Below the pieces are notes generated by a model. The model was not told the DNA's origin, made no database searches, and worked only from the letters and a program-made list of their open reading frames with translations. Below are positions 40,501-54,006 of a DNA stretch of 64,000 nt, piece by piece. This stretch comes from Paramecium tetraurelia (lineage: Eukaryota). The stretch lies in the NCBI GenBank assembly GCA_000165425.1, contig CT868163.1, forward strand, positions 1-64,000, given 5' to 3'. How positions within the stretch are numbered: position 1 is the stretch's first letter; every line of letters starts with the position of its first letter. A program made the position numbers and the translations under genes.

Positions 40501-43500
40501 AAATTTTGCATTTCTTCCATTTCATTTTTTTCTCCTTCAACTTCAACTTCTTTTTATTATTCCTATTCAGGCCTTCCTTCAATCACTTTTCTTAAAACTC
40601 CTAACAAAGTTATAATAGTTTTATTATTCTAACTACTATTTATTGCATAACTCAAAAAATTAATGAACTTTTTTATAAGTATCACTTATTCAACTTTCAA
40701 TATTTTTTCATTTTTTTCATTTTTGTCACTTGGATTTCCAAAATACTATTCAAACTTAACAATAGCCTCTGATAATTTTTGCAGTTCATCTTATACATGT
40801 GTTTTACTTTTATCACTTAAGCATAATTGATTAACAAATTCTTCCCAAGCAACTGAGATTTTTTCAATTTCTGCTTTTTCGGCATCTGCCATCTCAAATT
40901 CAATAAGAGGTTCTTCTTTCTATTTTTTATTTGATGAAAGTGCTGACATAAGACCTATTCTCGATTTAAGGTTGTTGCTTTGGAAAATGGTTTTAGGAGT
41001 AGGATGATCCAAGTGATGTTATGAAGGTCCATTCTAGAAATGATTAACTTATTCATTTAGATCTACCTAATAATTATCATTAACCCCCGCCTGAATATTC
41101 GATAACACATCTCTGAAATTATTATATTCTCCAAGATCTTCCATCAGTTTTGATTAACCTAAGACAGATTAACAAACCTTGCCCATTGTTGTCAATGGAA
41201 AATAAGAATAAAATGCAATTAAGATGGTCACATACTTTTTTCTATTAAAATACTTTCCAAGTTGCAATATTCTTTATGATAAAGACTTTGCAAATTGCTA
41301 TAATGCTGCAATATCCTTTTGTTCTTAATCATTCCCATCCTCATCTTCATCCTGATGGATTTATATGTTTTTTCTAATCAAATAAGTTGTAAACAATGGT
41401 AAGACAGCTTCAATTAAGAAATCAAAGTATTTCATTTATTAGTGCTCAAATTAAATATTATCCAACCTATTTGTCTCGAATTCTATCATCTTTATAAGAT
41501 CATTCTTAATTTCCTTACCAACATTATGACTCTTTTCACTAGTAATGTGTATATTCATAAAAAATATCCATAATTATTTTTTAATTAATCCAAATCCTTA
41601 TTCTTAAAGAGAGGGATTTTGACTCATTAAAGAATCTGATTTGCACAACAATTATATCAGGTATTGAGCAGTAAATTTCTTTTTTAATTTTGCTACATTA
41701 ATTGTAAAATTATCTTTCTAATCACCTTCAAGTACTTGAATTTGTGTACATTATAGCAATAAGTCCAATAACTTAGCATGATACAGAAATGGCTAATTCA
41801 TTGGAGGATTAGTTGCTAAATCTGTTAGAAAGTCTGATTAGTGCAATTATATATCGCCTTCAAATACGAATTCATTCTTTTCTATAAATAATAGTTCTTC
41901 TTTTTCTAGAAAGGTATTCAATACTAGTAATTAATTATCAAAAATATATTTATTCCCTTATTTTATTATTGTAAGGAAAAAGTCCAAAAATTGAGCTTTT
42001 CTCCCACTTTGATAAATTAATTCTACAAATCTATGAAAAACTCTATCATTTCTGTTTATAGAAGTTAAAAGTTTCTGATTATCTTTATAAATTTCGCAAA
42101 TTAATGGGATCTATCCTACTTCCAAATGCATGTTTTCAAATGAGGATATATATTATGATAACACAATCTAATTCTCATGATTATTTCTGCAAAAATATGT
42201 TAAAAATTAAAATGCATATATGAACAATTAAGCCAACCTTTACTTTCTTTGTGTATTTTTGATGTTTTCAAGATGGAAATCTAATGCTGGCATTTGATCT
42301 CTTATTAAATTTAGGATAGGCACATGAATCTTTAAGGCATTCATTAAGTTTTATTTTTCCCCATCAATTTCTGAAGTTCTTGAAATAATCCTTTATGATA
42401 TTTGAGTGTCCTTAAAGAATCCCTATCTAAAATTATCGATTATATCCAAAGTTTCCTGTAGGTCATCTTATTTTTAGCTTTTAATATACTCTGCAAGCCA
42501 TACTTCGGATCTATCAACCAACTAATTTAATCTTTATAAATTTTCACTTAGGAATTCATAGAGCTTACTTTTAATTGGATCACTTACAAGTTACAATTTT
42601 AATAGATTATTACAAAGTTCTTCTCTCTAATTAAACAACCTCATAATAATAGCCAAACACCTCTTTTCTAATTCCTCCTCATGAATCTAAGAGAAGTTTG
42701 TAAATAAATATGGCAAAACAACTCCAATTGGATTATTTATCTTGTTAATATCTTCTTGAGGTAAATTTAAAGAGAAGTATTAATCCAAATCATATATTAG
42801 CATTTCATTCTAAGTAAAAGCTTTGAATTCTTCAGATTCTGGTTTTGTTTCAGCTAATTTATTTAAAAAGTTTAATGCTCCAATACCAAAGGCATCTTGT
42901 TTCTCTTCTTTTTCATCTACTTCTTTTAAACCAGTTTTAGCTATATTTGGTAACAACCCCAATAAATTTGATTCTGTTTTCCTCTGAACAAAAATTAATA
43001 TTTTAGTGTCCTCTTATTCTTAATTTACATCATCTTTAGAAAATTTAATTTATTGGATCCCTTCCTACATTTTTTCAATAATTTGTTTCTTGAAAAAGGA
43101 CAAACAATTCAACATAAGATAATTTTATCTCATATCTAAGAATCTATCCATGACATCACACAATGTCAATTTGATTTTTATCTCTAATTAACTTGACCCA
43201 GTTTCCTCTCTTGTTGATAAGGAACTCTGGAGTTCGTTTTCTAACTTGATAAATCCTCTCATTAAGGGATTAGTGTACATTTAGACATCATCAACAATAC
43301 CCTCATCAATTTATTCATCATCATCATCATCTGATTTTTATTCTTCATCTGATCCAAATAGATTTAGATTCAAACCCAAGTTCATAGGATTAGCCATGCT
43401 AATGAGATTAGCTCCTAAATTCAAACCAATACCTAAAGTTTCTTTTCTTTGTTTTCTTTAAGTGATTTCTGATTTTTATACTTTATATACACTCTTCATC

Positions 43501-46500
43501 AAAGGCAACTAGGTAAAATCATAAAAAAAATAATGGATAACAATATCAATTATTTATTTGTAGTATTAATTTGGTTCCTTATCTAAAAATTAGAATACAT
43601 TCAATTCTAATACTAATAACATCATCTAACAAGAATTATAAAGCAATTCATTAATCAACAAACTCTTTTCATCATTTGCATCTAATACATCATAATCTTT
43701 ATTATCACCACCGTCTTTAGTATCTAATGCCAGCACTATTTAATGTTTATTATCTTATAAATATTTGAATAGATCCTCAATTAAAGAAGTGAATAGCCCC
43801 ATATGTTGAGCTTCATTTGCCTTATCAATACTTTTATAAAGATTACAATATTTGGGTAATTACACTTTATTGAGTGGATCATGATCAATATAAAGACTCA
43901 TAGCAATTTTACACAAAGCAGCCTAAAGAACAGCGTAATTTCGATTAGCATCCTCTTACCAAATATTTTGAAATAAAAAGTCTTTACTAAAATATTATTC
44001 CAACTCATGTTTCCACAGATAATTTCTCCCATAAGATACATCAGCATAAAATTACAACTGCTCATTTATAAAGTACATCTCTTTAGGGTCATTCTATAAT
44101 TTGAATGGGATAATGAGTTTCCCATCTTTCAAAGATATCTTATCTGGATCTTCACGATCTTTAATTAGCTAAATCCTTTTGTGATTATGCTTCTTTAACA
44201 ATTTATAAATGGCCTCTTAATTCGAATTAATCCCTTGATTATTATAAATACACATTTCTCTAAGGAAAGTTAAAAAATCTGCCTTATGTGCTTATTCATC
44301 AGTTTCTAATAGATTTAAGAAGAAAATAAGGAAATTATTTTAAATTTTATTATGATGAAGTTACATTTTCTCTTCTTCTGGCTCAAAAAATTCTTATTCC
44401 TTTGGATTATAATCAAGTTTCATATTCAATGATAATTAATTTAGTAATTCCTGATTGTTACCAATAATTGAAATCATACATTTGATTGCTTCTGGGATGT
44501 ACCTACAATGTTCTAAGAAATGCCCAATTAAATCAAAAGTATACAGCTCATTCTCAGGGTTTTATTTGCAAATCGATGTCAATAATGTATAAATAGTTTG
44601 ATTCAATGTGATTTTAAATGCAATATAAGCCAATATTTCATGATCTTTTAATCCTTGTTTTTTATTAGTTTACTACTCTGTGCTGCTCATTTTTTCTTAT
44701 TATTATTGTATGTCTTGCATTTGAATAATCATATATCTCCTACTCCAAATAACAAGATCTTCAGTTTTTAACTATTAAACTAATATTTTAACCAATAAAT
44801 CTATGTAATATTGTTCCTTCAATAACTTTTATCTAAATGGATTGATAGTTCCGTATTTCTACTCAGGTGTTGAATTATACAATCTATTATTACAAAAATC
44901 ATTGATATCATCAATGCATTATTTAGTGGTTTATATCTTAAGTAAATGATCTTTAAGAACTTCCTTATCTTAGGCATCATTTTCCCATTTTAATTTTTAC
45001 AAATCGTCAAGATAATTTGTTAGAGTTTTAGCGCAACTTAAAACAAATGAAATTTCCCAAACATCATTGCTACTACTAGCATACAATTTAAAAACACTTT
45101 AATCAGTTTTATGTTATTCTTAATGCAGTATTGGAATGTATCGTTGATTTTTTCCATATTGAATATCAACCCAAAAACTGTTTTCATCATTCTAATTATT
45201 ATTTTTACCTGTAGGAATTGGTTTATCATGACAAATATAAACATAACTACCTCTCATGACAGACTTTTCTCTTACTTGAGAATTCTTTAGTTGACTAAAA
45301 TAAAATAAGGTTGTTGGAACTCTCTATTTATCGAGTGTGAATTTATCTTTAAATCCAGATAGATACAATCCTGATGTAAAATGTTTAAATCTATATTTCT
45401 TATCAAATACTACAATGCCTCCTTCTTTATATATTTCTGATTCAATAATCCACATCGAATGTGTATCTCCTGTATATTCATCATAACTTTCTTTAGTTGA
45501 GCCACTTAGCACATTTAATTCCACATTTTCTACTTTTAACCAGTCAACCAAATTAAATTATTGAAAGTTCTTCTGGTCTACAGGTTTACCCTTTCTTGTC
45601 GCTGCAATTGTTGTATTAGTTTCAGAATGATGTAACCAAATCACATCACCACATTTCAAATATCCAGATGTTTCAGGAACATAATCTGAATAGACTGAAA
45701 TTCTCCACTGAGTTTGATTCTCTTCATCTAATGCTGCATTTACTTCTCTCTTAATTATATCTTTCTCATTTTTGTATATTAATAATTCTTCATCACTCTT
45801 TTTCTATTTTCTACTCTTACCATAATTTCCCATTTCTTAAGATGCATGCAGAAATGTCAATTTATTCATAAAGGATGTTGCTCTTACGATATATACAATA
45901 TCACTTGCATAAATAACTTACTCACCTTCTTTCTAATATTTATAAGCTGGCAAGATCTTAAATAATGAGGAATCACTAGGTAATTCATCTAGTGTAATTT
46001 TATAATTTGAGGTTTCTACTCTAGCCTCCTTCTGATGACAAGCCAAAAACTTTGACGATGCCAAATGCAATAATTAAATATGAGACTTATATGACACTTT
46101 GTGTGCTTTAGACTATTGTAATACAACAAATGTTTTACTTTTTCAAATGTGTCGAGATTATATTTGAACTCCTATAATAATTTCTGAGAAAATTATTAGA
46201 CTTGATCCTTTGACAAAATCGTCTTTTCATCCACTTTTTGATGTTTTTAAATGCTTTCTAAAATATTCTGAACTGCTGGTTAAACTTCTTCTTCTTGCTC
46301 TTCTCCAATAAGTTCCTTTAAAATTTCTTGTTTTGTATTATTTGTGAATTTTGGAAATATTTAGAATAGAGTGTGGTAATAAGGTCTACTCTTCATATTA
46401 CCTGCTTATTTTGCATCAACCACATCTACGTGATGCTTGTAAATAAATGCTAAATTTGTACAAAGTTCTTTAAACAAACAGCCCGCTTCACAAAACCATC

Positions 46501-46587
46501 TGCTGTTATGAAAGAATGATCATCTAAAACATGAGATATCGAAATAATTGATCCATAAGTCAAATAGTTTAAGTCCTCTTAATTCAT
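37578..46587 (-). CDS. IP3-receptor/ryanodine-receptor-like Ca2+-release channel (Paramecium CRC family), ~2,950-3,000 aa
   Basis: YLTYGSIISI, IQLLHLASSKFL, MIR-like YRFKHFTSGLYL, RIH-associated LEILIKLLRGTLS / LDTLNELVQGPCPENQ, TM region with pore KANGGVGGYL, GIIIDTFGSLRE, CFICG, HYMWNY. Confidence 0.96.
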
Positions 46588-47364
46588 ATAATACTTTATT
46601 TAAATTATTTCAATTGAAATTAAATTAAATTACATCCCTACTATCTATATAACGAATTTGATTGTGTTAATAAGTAATCAAAATGCCATTGGTCATCTTG
46701 GATTCTGTCTTCTGTATTTATTCCATAATAATAAATTAATTATTTAACAATATTATTTATATGGATTGCGACCCAAAACTCTCTAAAATACTATACTTTG
46801 ATTCTAATGAAAAAATAGATTTTTAAATTAGACTATTAATCAATTTGTAATTTTAAGAATTTGGAATATTTAAACAATAATTTCTATACTAATTCATAAT
46901 CAATTTCATTTAATCAATAAATTATTATCCTCTCATTATTCCTATATTTAGTAGTATATTCAGAATAACAAAATCTCATCACTTAAGTATAAATACCTAT
47001 ATATAATGCTAATTATTTTCCCTCTTCTCTATGGATTAAACAAATCAATTCATAAAATCAAATTTATAATGAAAATAGAAAATTTCAAAGAATGATTTGC
47101 TACTTATCAAATCTAACAATTTAGATATTAATTAGAGATAATTAGGGAAATGAATTTTGAAGATAATAACTTAGAAATCAACGAAAAGTTAAAATTTAAT
47201 CTAAATATAGAAAGATAAATGATAATGACCATTTTTTGATTCACAATACAATAAATAGAACCATCTAATTGGTAATTTGTGATATCACTATGGCAGATAT
47301 TAGAATTATGAAGAGATGAGGATTTGAAGTAATTTTGAAGAGGAATATTTAACAATATGAATTT

Positions 47365-47412
47365 TGAGTATAAAATGAAGGATTATAAACCAAATTATGA
47401 AACCCGTTTTTT
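47365..47412 (+). promoter_or_regulatory. Candidate TMP promoter elements (TGAGTATAAAATGA, GAAGGATTAT, CCGTTTTT)
   Basis: The same three words occur upstream of the TMP at 57204. Function is inferred. Confidence 0.4.
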
Positions 47413-47430
47413 AGATAATTAAATTAAATT

Positions 47431-48565
47431 ATGAGAGCAATCATCGCAATTTGCTTATTGTCAGCTGTATTTGCTATCGACACAAATAAATTTGCTGTGC
47501 TTCTTCAAGCTGGTACCAGAGGAAATGATGCAGTCGAATCTGTTTACAATCTCTTAAGAGACCTCAAGACAGAGAATGTTAATGTCTAAGCTGCTGCAGA
47601 CAAAAAGAATAACACAGATGAAGGTAATAAAATAACATTATGTCTTCTTAGAAATCTTTTCTTAAGTCATTGGTGATTTGACAAATGTTGCTTCCCTTAA
47701 CAAATAATAATGGGAATCTCTTGGTGCAGTCAGAGGAGATGTTGAAGCCTAAATCAGAGTATGATTATTTAATAAATTCTAAAGGATGGATATTAATGGT
47801 TGGCTTGGGCTGAATCCAGACTTGCTGAAATTGAAAGAAGAAATGCATAACTCTAAGATTAAAGATGTTGGGCCAATGGACTCTTTGTTAAATCACTTGC
47901 TGATCACGCTGATGCCGTAGGAGTAGTCACACTCTTACAACAAGATGTTGCTGGATTCCTTACTAATAATGCTGGAGTCGAACTCGTTGAGAAAGCCCAA
48001 ACAATCGCTGACAAATTGTCTGCATACAGCCACCTCTTCCAATAAGACGCCCTCTAGAAATTCCAATCCCTTGCCGAAGTTAAGAGAGACGGAACCACAG
48101 GAGAATAAGTCCTTTCAATCTTATAAGATTTACAAGCTGAATTAGAATCAACCCTTGCCACATTATAAGAATAAGAAATTCATGCAGCTTTCGCTCTTGC
48201 CAAATACGTTTCAGATACAAATGCCGAGGTTGCTTGGTTGAACTCTGAACACGAAAGAAGAACCGGCCTTGTTGAAAAATTAGAAACAGTATCAATTCCC
48301 TCTTATAAATCAAGTAACTCCCAGCTGTTTTGGCCTAATAAGCTAAAGCTCTTAAATTATGGAAAGATTCCTTGAATGCAGTTGCTGGTGCCACAGCTGA
48401 TCTTGAAGAAAAGAGAGAATTCTATGCTGCTGAAACAGTCAGAAGACAAGGTAATAATACAATCTTATATTCATAGAGGAAAATGCAATCATCGATGTCG
48501 TTATCCAACTTTTCAAGGATTAAGTTAGATCATTGGCTTCATAAACATCCCTAAAAAGACATTGA
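47431..48565 (+). CDS. Trichocyst matrix protein precursor
   Basis: MRAIIAICLLSAVFAIDTNKFAVLLQAG..AVESVYNLLRDL; acidic coils; YAAETVRRQEENAIIDVVIQLF. Four short introns, high codon bias. Confidence 0.88.
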
Positions 48566-48699
48566 TGGATTATTCATATAAGAATTTACCTTAATTCATT
48601 CTAAAATTATATACTCCCATTTATATATATAACTTAAGAATTTAATTAAATTTGATTCTATAAAATTCAACTAATATGTATGGTTTGATTTCATATTGA

Positions 48700-49740
48700 A
48701 TCAATTTGGGATGAATTAACTTCCTCATCTCAAATCTGGCATTCCTTAATGTAACTAATGATAGAGAACTTTACTATTATAATTTTATAATGAAAGAAAA
48801 CTTAAGGTTTTATACAATATTATAACTTCTTAAATTTTTATAATTTTTGGGATTTGTTTTATAAGAGTTTTATTATTTTCTAGTTCTCATTTGATAATCT
48901 AAGTGTTATTTTTTATATATAGTATCTCCAATAATCTTGTTTTGTGTAAAAATATCAACATCGTTTAGATGAATAGTAATATTCCGATATTAGAATTTAG
49001 ATTATTCTAAAGGACTAAATATATTAATTAATCTTATTATTCGGATTCTTTTACTAACAACTTCTTTTGAAAGATCCAAATCAATAGACTGGACTTTGTA
49101 CTAGTTTATAAACTTAAGTTTATTTTTTAAAACAGATTCTGTATTTAGTAGTATATTAATCAATTTAGTTTCATAATGATTAGATGAGAAAAGAGGTCTT
49201 CAGAAAATTAATAAGGAAAAAAGTCGTTAATTAACCTTCTCAGTAGATTATGTTAACTAAATCTTCCTTAAATAATTAGGGTTGAAGCTTATCTTTCTTA
49301 AATGGTGCCTTGCTGTTTAAAGTTACTGTAATCAAGATGAATAAAATAATAATACTTTCTAGTCATCCAAAAATCTATTAAGTGAAAGAATATAATTTTT
49401 TGTATGTTTAGTTTAATTCTGCTGATGTTAAACAGACAATAATTTTCATAATTTTAGTAGATAAATAAATAAAAATGGTAAATTCAGACGAAATCCTAAA
49501 TTACTAGATTACAAAATTCAATTAAAATTTGAATATCTTCCACAAAATACTCACCATAAGGTAGAATGGCTGACATTATTAAGCAATTAAAATTATTCCT
49601 AATGTGAATTTTGGTAAATCAAAATTAAAAATAATAGAGATTTAAAAGAATCAAATGGATATTAAAGGGAACTATACTATGTTGAGAATCCATATCTAGT
49701 AAGCATTGTCCAGCAGAGGTTATGATATGGAATATATATT
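48700..49740 (+). pseudogene. Possible decayed gene
   Basis: Unusually long spacer with protein-like fragments (EAYLSQMVPCCLKLL; LRIHIQQALSSRGY) broken by TGAs and frame changes. Confidence 0.25.
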
Positions 49741-49765
49741 AATTTATAAGAAATATTCTAATATT

Positions 49766-50395
49766 TCAATCAAAAGGAGAGTAATCATACTCAGCCTTGT
49801 TATGCATAACTAACTGTTCACCTACAAAATAAAAACTGTCTGATTTAGTTTGAAATGGATTGTCGATCATTTCTTATCTCTAATTAATAGAATGATTAAT
49901 TCATATACCATTGCTTCATCAATCTCTGGAATGGTGTAAATGTGTTCCCATGTATTTGTTGAATTTGGAATGCAAAAAGGGAATGAAAATTCGTAGCTTC
50001 TCAATAAATGATCCTTGAAATAATGTCTTTCAATAATTGTGAAATTCTTGACTGGCTGATTACCGACTGAGAAGGTCAATTGTGCTCCCACTGTTTTCAA
50101 TTCAAAAAATTATGGTCCAAAATGGTATTTAATCCTTCTAGCTTCATCTTAATATTCAGGTGGGAGGTTTTCTTATTATGTTTAATTATTATTTTACCTA
50201 TGGGCTCCTCATCCTAATCACGTTCAACCTCAAATAGAGTTTAACCTGAATCCATATCTCTGATTCTAAATTTAAGAAATTGGATATTGTAAATGTTTGC
50301 ATTCACAGGACACAAGAAACTATCATTTACATACTCAAATACTCTTGTGTTATTCCATTTAAACTTCTAACATATTCTGTTGTCACCTACTACAT
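49766..50395 (-). CDS. UNC119: UNC119 (myristoyl-cargo chaperone, PDE-delta fold)
   Basis: [70 protein letters not shown]. Three introns. Confidence 0.95.
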
Positions 50396-50426
50396 TATTT
50401 TTATTTATTAATTTATTATTTATAAA

Positions 50427-52477
50427 TCACAGCTTTGGCATCTCTCTAAGTTATCTTGTTAATGATCTTAATTTATTTTAGTACTCTTCATTGTTTACAG
50501 AACTTAATTTGGCACTTTGCAATAACTTTTCATAAGGCTTGGCATCTACTAAATCTGATCTTAAAGCATTGTCATTGAATTTGAAAGACTATCTATAAAT
50601 TATGAATCTTACTTCAACAAGTCCAAGTAAATCTGGTTTTATAAGTGTGAAAATATGTTCTTTTGCATTCAAAATGATTTCTAACTATTCCCCATTCAAA
50701 AATCCACCTTCAAAATAACCAATTGGCCAATCAATAATTCTTTGTAAACCATACAAACAACATAGATTGGATAAGACTGATCTAATGTTCTCATCCTAAA
50801 CTCTAAAAATGAATCAACACTTTTACTTTATTAATGTATCTAAGAACGTTTTAAATGTCCAATAATAAGTATGAGCGATAGAAGCTTCAGTAATTGAAAC
50901 ACCGACGTGTTTGTTCCATGCTTCTTTTGGTCCATGTTCCCCAGCTAATGTGATAATTTTATATTGATACCTTTTTCCATCATTTTAAGCATCATTTTAT
51001 TTACATAAAAGGCAGCATGTAATCTCATCAATTTTCTGATGATTTCAGGACACAACAATTATTCAGCTCTTGTGAAAGTAGCTTTTTATGATAAAGTTTA
51101 TTAAATGTTATAGAGGTACTCAACATTCTCATTGATTGTTTAGTGTTTTTGTGCTTTATTACAAGCTTTTAATAAATATCTACCAGTTTGTAATAGTAGA
51201 ACTGTATTTTCACCTTCATAAGTACAACTTGGAGCAAATTCAGTTTAAATGCTAACAACACCTGAAGATTATAAAAATCCATGTCCTCCTAAAGATTGTC
51301 TAATTTTATCTAAGCCAAAGTGAGTATTCCAAGTATAAACAGCCTTACAACAACATAATAATGCATGCAAGTCTCCCATTAAAGAAAAGTCATTTTTCTC
51401 AGTTATCCTTTTGAGATTTTCTGTCAAAATGTCTCTAATTCTTAAACATCCAAAGCCTTAGGCATAGCAATCTGCTACCAATGGAATCAATTTATCTTAT
51501 TGAGTTTAATAATCAATGATAGGTCTTTCAATGCCATTTTTATCCTTAAATTGTCTTCTAAAGTGAGAATACTTGACTCCAATAGCTAATCCTTATGCTA
51601 ATGAGACATAGGTGTTATAAATGATTGAGGTTCTTACTTACATCATGGTGGCATATCCAATCTTTTCATTTTATGCCTTAATGAATTCACCAGCTTTGCT
51701 AACTTTGGAATACCTCATAAGCATTTATTCTCTAGGAATTCTGACATTGTTCATTCTAAGATAGCCATTATCTTTCGTGTTATAACCATATTTTGGTCCT
51801 ACGTCTCCAACTTCAATTCCTTTGAGTGGTAGATGAGTATGTGTGTCTCTGACTTAGACAATAAATGTTTAGACTCCATAATGTTTTCCATTAATGAATA
51901 ATTAAGCATGAGTTACAGCATGTGTGGCTGTCAATCCCAAGTCTCCAATCCACCATTTGGTTGATGAAATAGTTGGTGAGTTGAGGATGAATTCTTCTGT
52001 GCCTTTATCATAAACAGCAGTAGTTTCCAAACTCTAGACATCTGATCCATGACCCAATTCAGTTTGAGCATAGCATCCCACAATTTCATAATTTTATGAA
52101 GGAGGAATCCATTTCTCTATTTACTTTTCGGTTCCCAAATACTTGATTGTGGGTATAAACATGGTTTAATGTAACACAGTCACCACAGTCTCTGGGAATT
52201 GACTGTTCACCATACCTGGAATCATCTCATCGCTATAATTTAGTAATTTATGTAGTTTATAGGCCTTCTTGCAATAGATTTCATATAATTTATCTCTGCT
52301 TTATCCGTAATCTGCTACATTATTTTACAATATCGGATCTTTAGCAATCAGCTCTTATACTTTTATCCACCTATCTTTAATAACCAATGTTTACTTATGA
52401 TAATTCTCTTTATACAACAGTTATCCCATGTCGTCTGTGTTAAACGAGCACTTCACTAAGTCTTAGGATGATGACAT
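50427..52477 (-). CDS. Peroxisomal acyl-CoA oxidase
   Basis: [55 protein letters not shown]-terminal PKL (PTS1-like). Confidence 0.95.
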
Positions 52478-52590
52478 TTCAATTATATTATATTACTATA
52501 TTTTTGTTCTTCATTTTATAATATTAAATTGCAAACGCACTAAAAAATTAAATGACGCTTAATAATTTAATATTATTTATTAAATAGTAT

Positions 52591-53601
52591 TCACAATTAT
52601 TATGAATCAACTACTTAGGTTAATTGTTGGCTGGTTTGGGTCCCAAAGTTGCTTTCTGATAGATCTTCCTAATATTCTAAATTGCATCCATTGATTCTGA
52701 TCTTAGTAAATATCTCAGTAAAGCAATAACACAGAGCATCCAGTAGACCAAGTATGTTGCAGAAAAAATACGATAAGTATTACCATATAATTGATTACGA
52801 AGAGTTTAATTGTTGAACCAAACCAGGCTACAGGATAACTAAAGTAACATTACAATCACCCAGCAAATGAATAATATCGTCGGATACAGAAACAAGGCAA
52901 AAACTTATGTTTTATTTGTAAAATCTGTTATATGCTTTAATATTCTTCTTACAACTAATGTAATTATTGTCAAGTTATATAAAAATGCTACCCAAATCGG
53001 CAAATAATAACACAAAGTTATGTACAAATCATAAGATCTCCTCTCCAACCTCATATTATAAAAGCAATTTGTTGATTCCATCGGATATGTCACCCCATAC
53101 CCATCAACATAAAATGGTCTACATACAATATTAAACATAAGTTTACATAAAACTGATCATTGTTGGAATCACGTATCCAACAAATATGTACTGATAGTAA
53201 TACATCTTAGAGGTATTCCGGTACACTTACATATATAATGTGTGGCACATAATTGATGTCCAAGCTGTGCTAGTTAAAATTGAAAAATTCGATAAATAAG
53301 CTTATATGTAACAAAAGGTTGGATATGAATCTCTAAAGGATGTTTCCTCATTACTCCGATTTTCAGTTATTATGTAACTCAAACTAATCGCACTCATTAT
53401 AGATTCATATATTAGATCTGAATATAATATTCTCGTTACTAACTTAAACTATGCATTATTTAAGTGCTCAAACTTGAGATAACAATAAAGAGTAAAAATT
53501 AATAAAAATACAGAAGGAACACAAATAGTCGCTATTTCTATCGCTAAAGTTAGTTCTTATTCTTTAGTTAATTCCAGAAGTATTGAATAATTTTAATTCA
53601 T
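52591..53601 (-). CDS. 7TM receptor, Dictyostelium cAMP-receptor-like GPCR family
   Basis: TM2 YSDL, FCYIQAYL..S..WTSIM (TM3), GYVIP, ECL2 Cys, YYLPIW, LYP.ILFICW (TM6), LGLLDALCY (TM7). Two introns. Confidence 0.85.
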
Positions 53602-54006
53602 TAATATTATTAATTAATACATAAACAATCAACCCTAATTAAATGTTGATTGTAATGTTTTTCTATAGTGATAAGAAACTTAACTGATGATTAGAAAGTT
53701 GCAAACTTTAATTGTAAATTATAATAGAATCCAATAAAATGATTTGAAATTATATTTAAACAAATTTAATGGATACTTTTTTAGTCTGTTTTTAAAGATA
53801 ATCAACAACAAGATCAGCAAAATTTGGAAAACATTAAGCTCCCATCTTAACTGTGATTTATAAATTAAAAATAATTAGAAATTATTATAATTTTAAGCTT
53901 AATTCTTTATATTTTTGTAAAGCTAATATATTTTCTATTGAACCAAAAATTATTTAATTTATAATAATAATATATTCTATTTAACAATCAAATACTATTA
54001 TGTAAT

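Noticed and set aside
46761..47360. Short + strand ORFs between the channel and a TMP
   Set aside because: No motifs; composition resembles an AT-rich spacer.
49766..50395. Functional link between UNC119 and nearby MG-start proteins
   Set aside because: Only loose proximity; eukaryotic gene order gives no support without interaction data.
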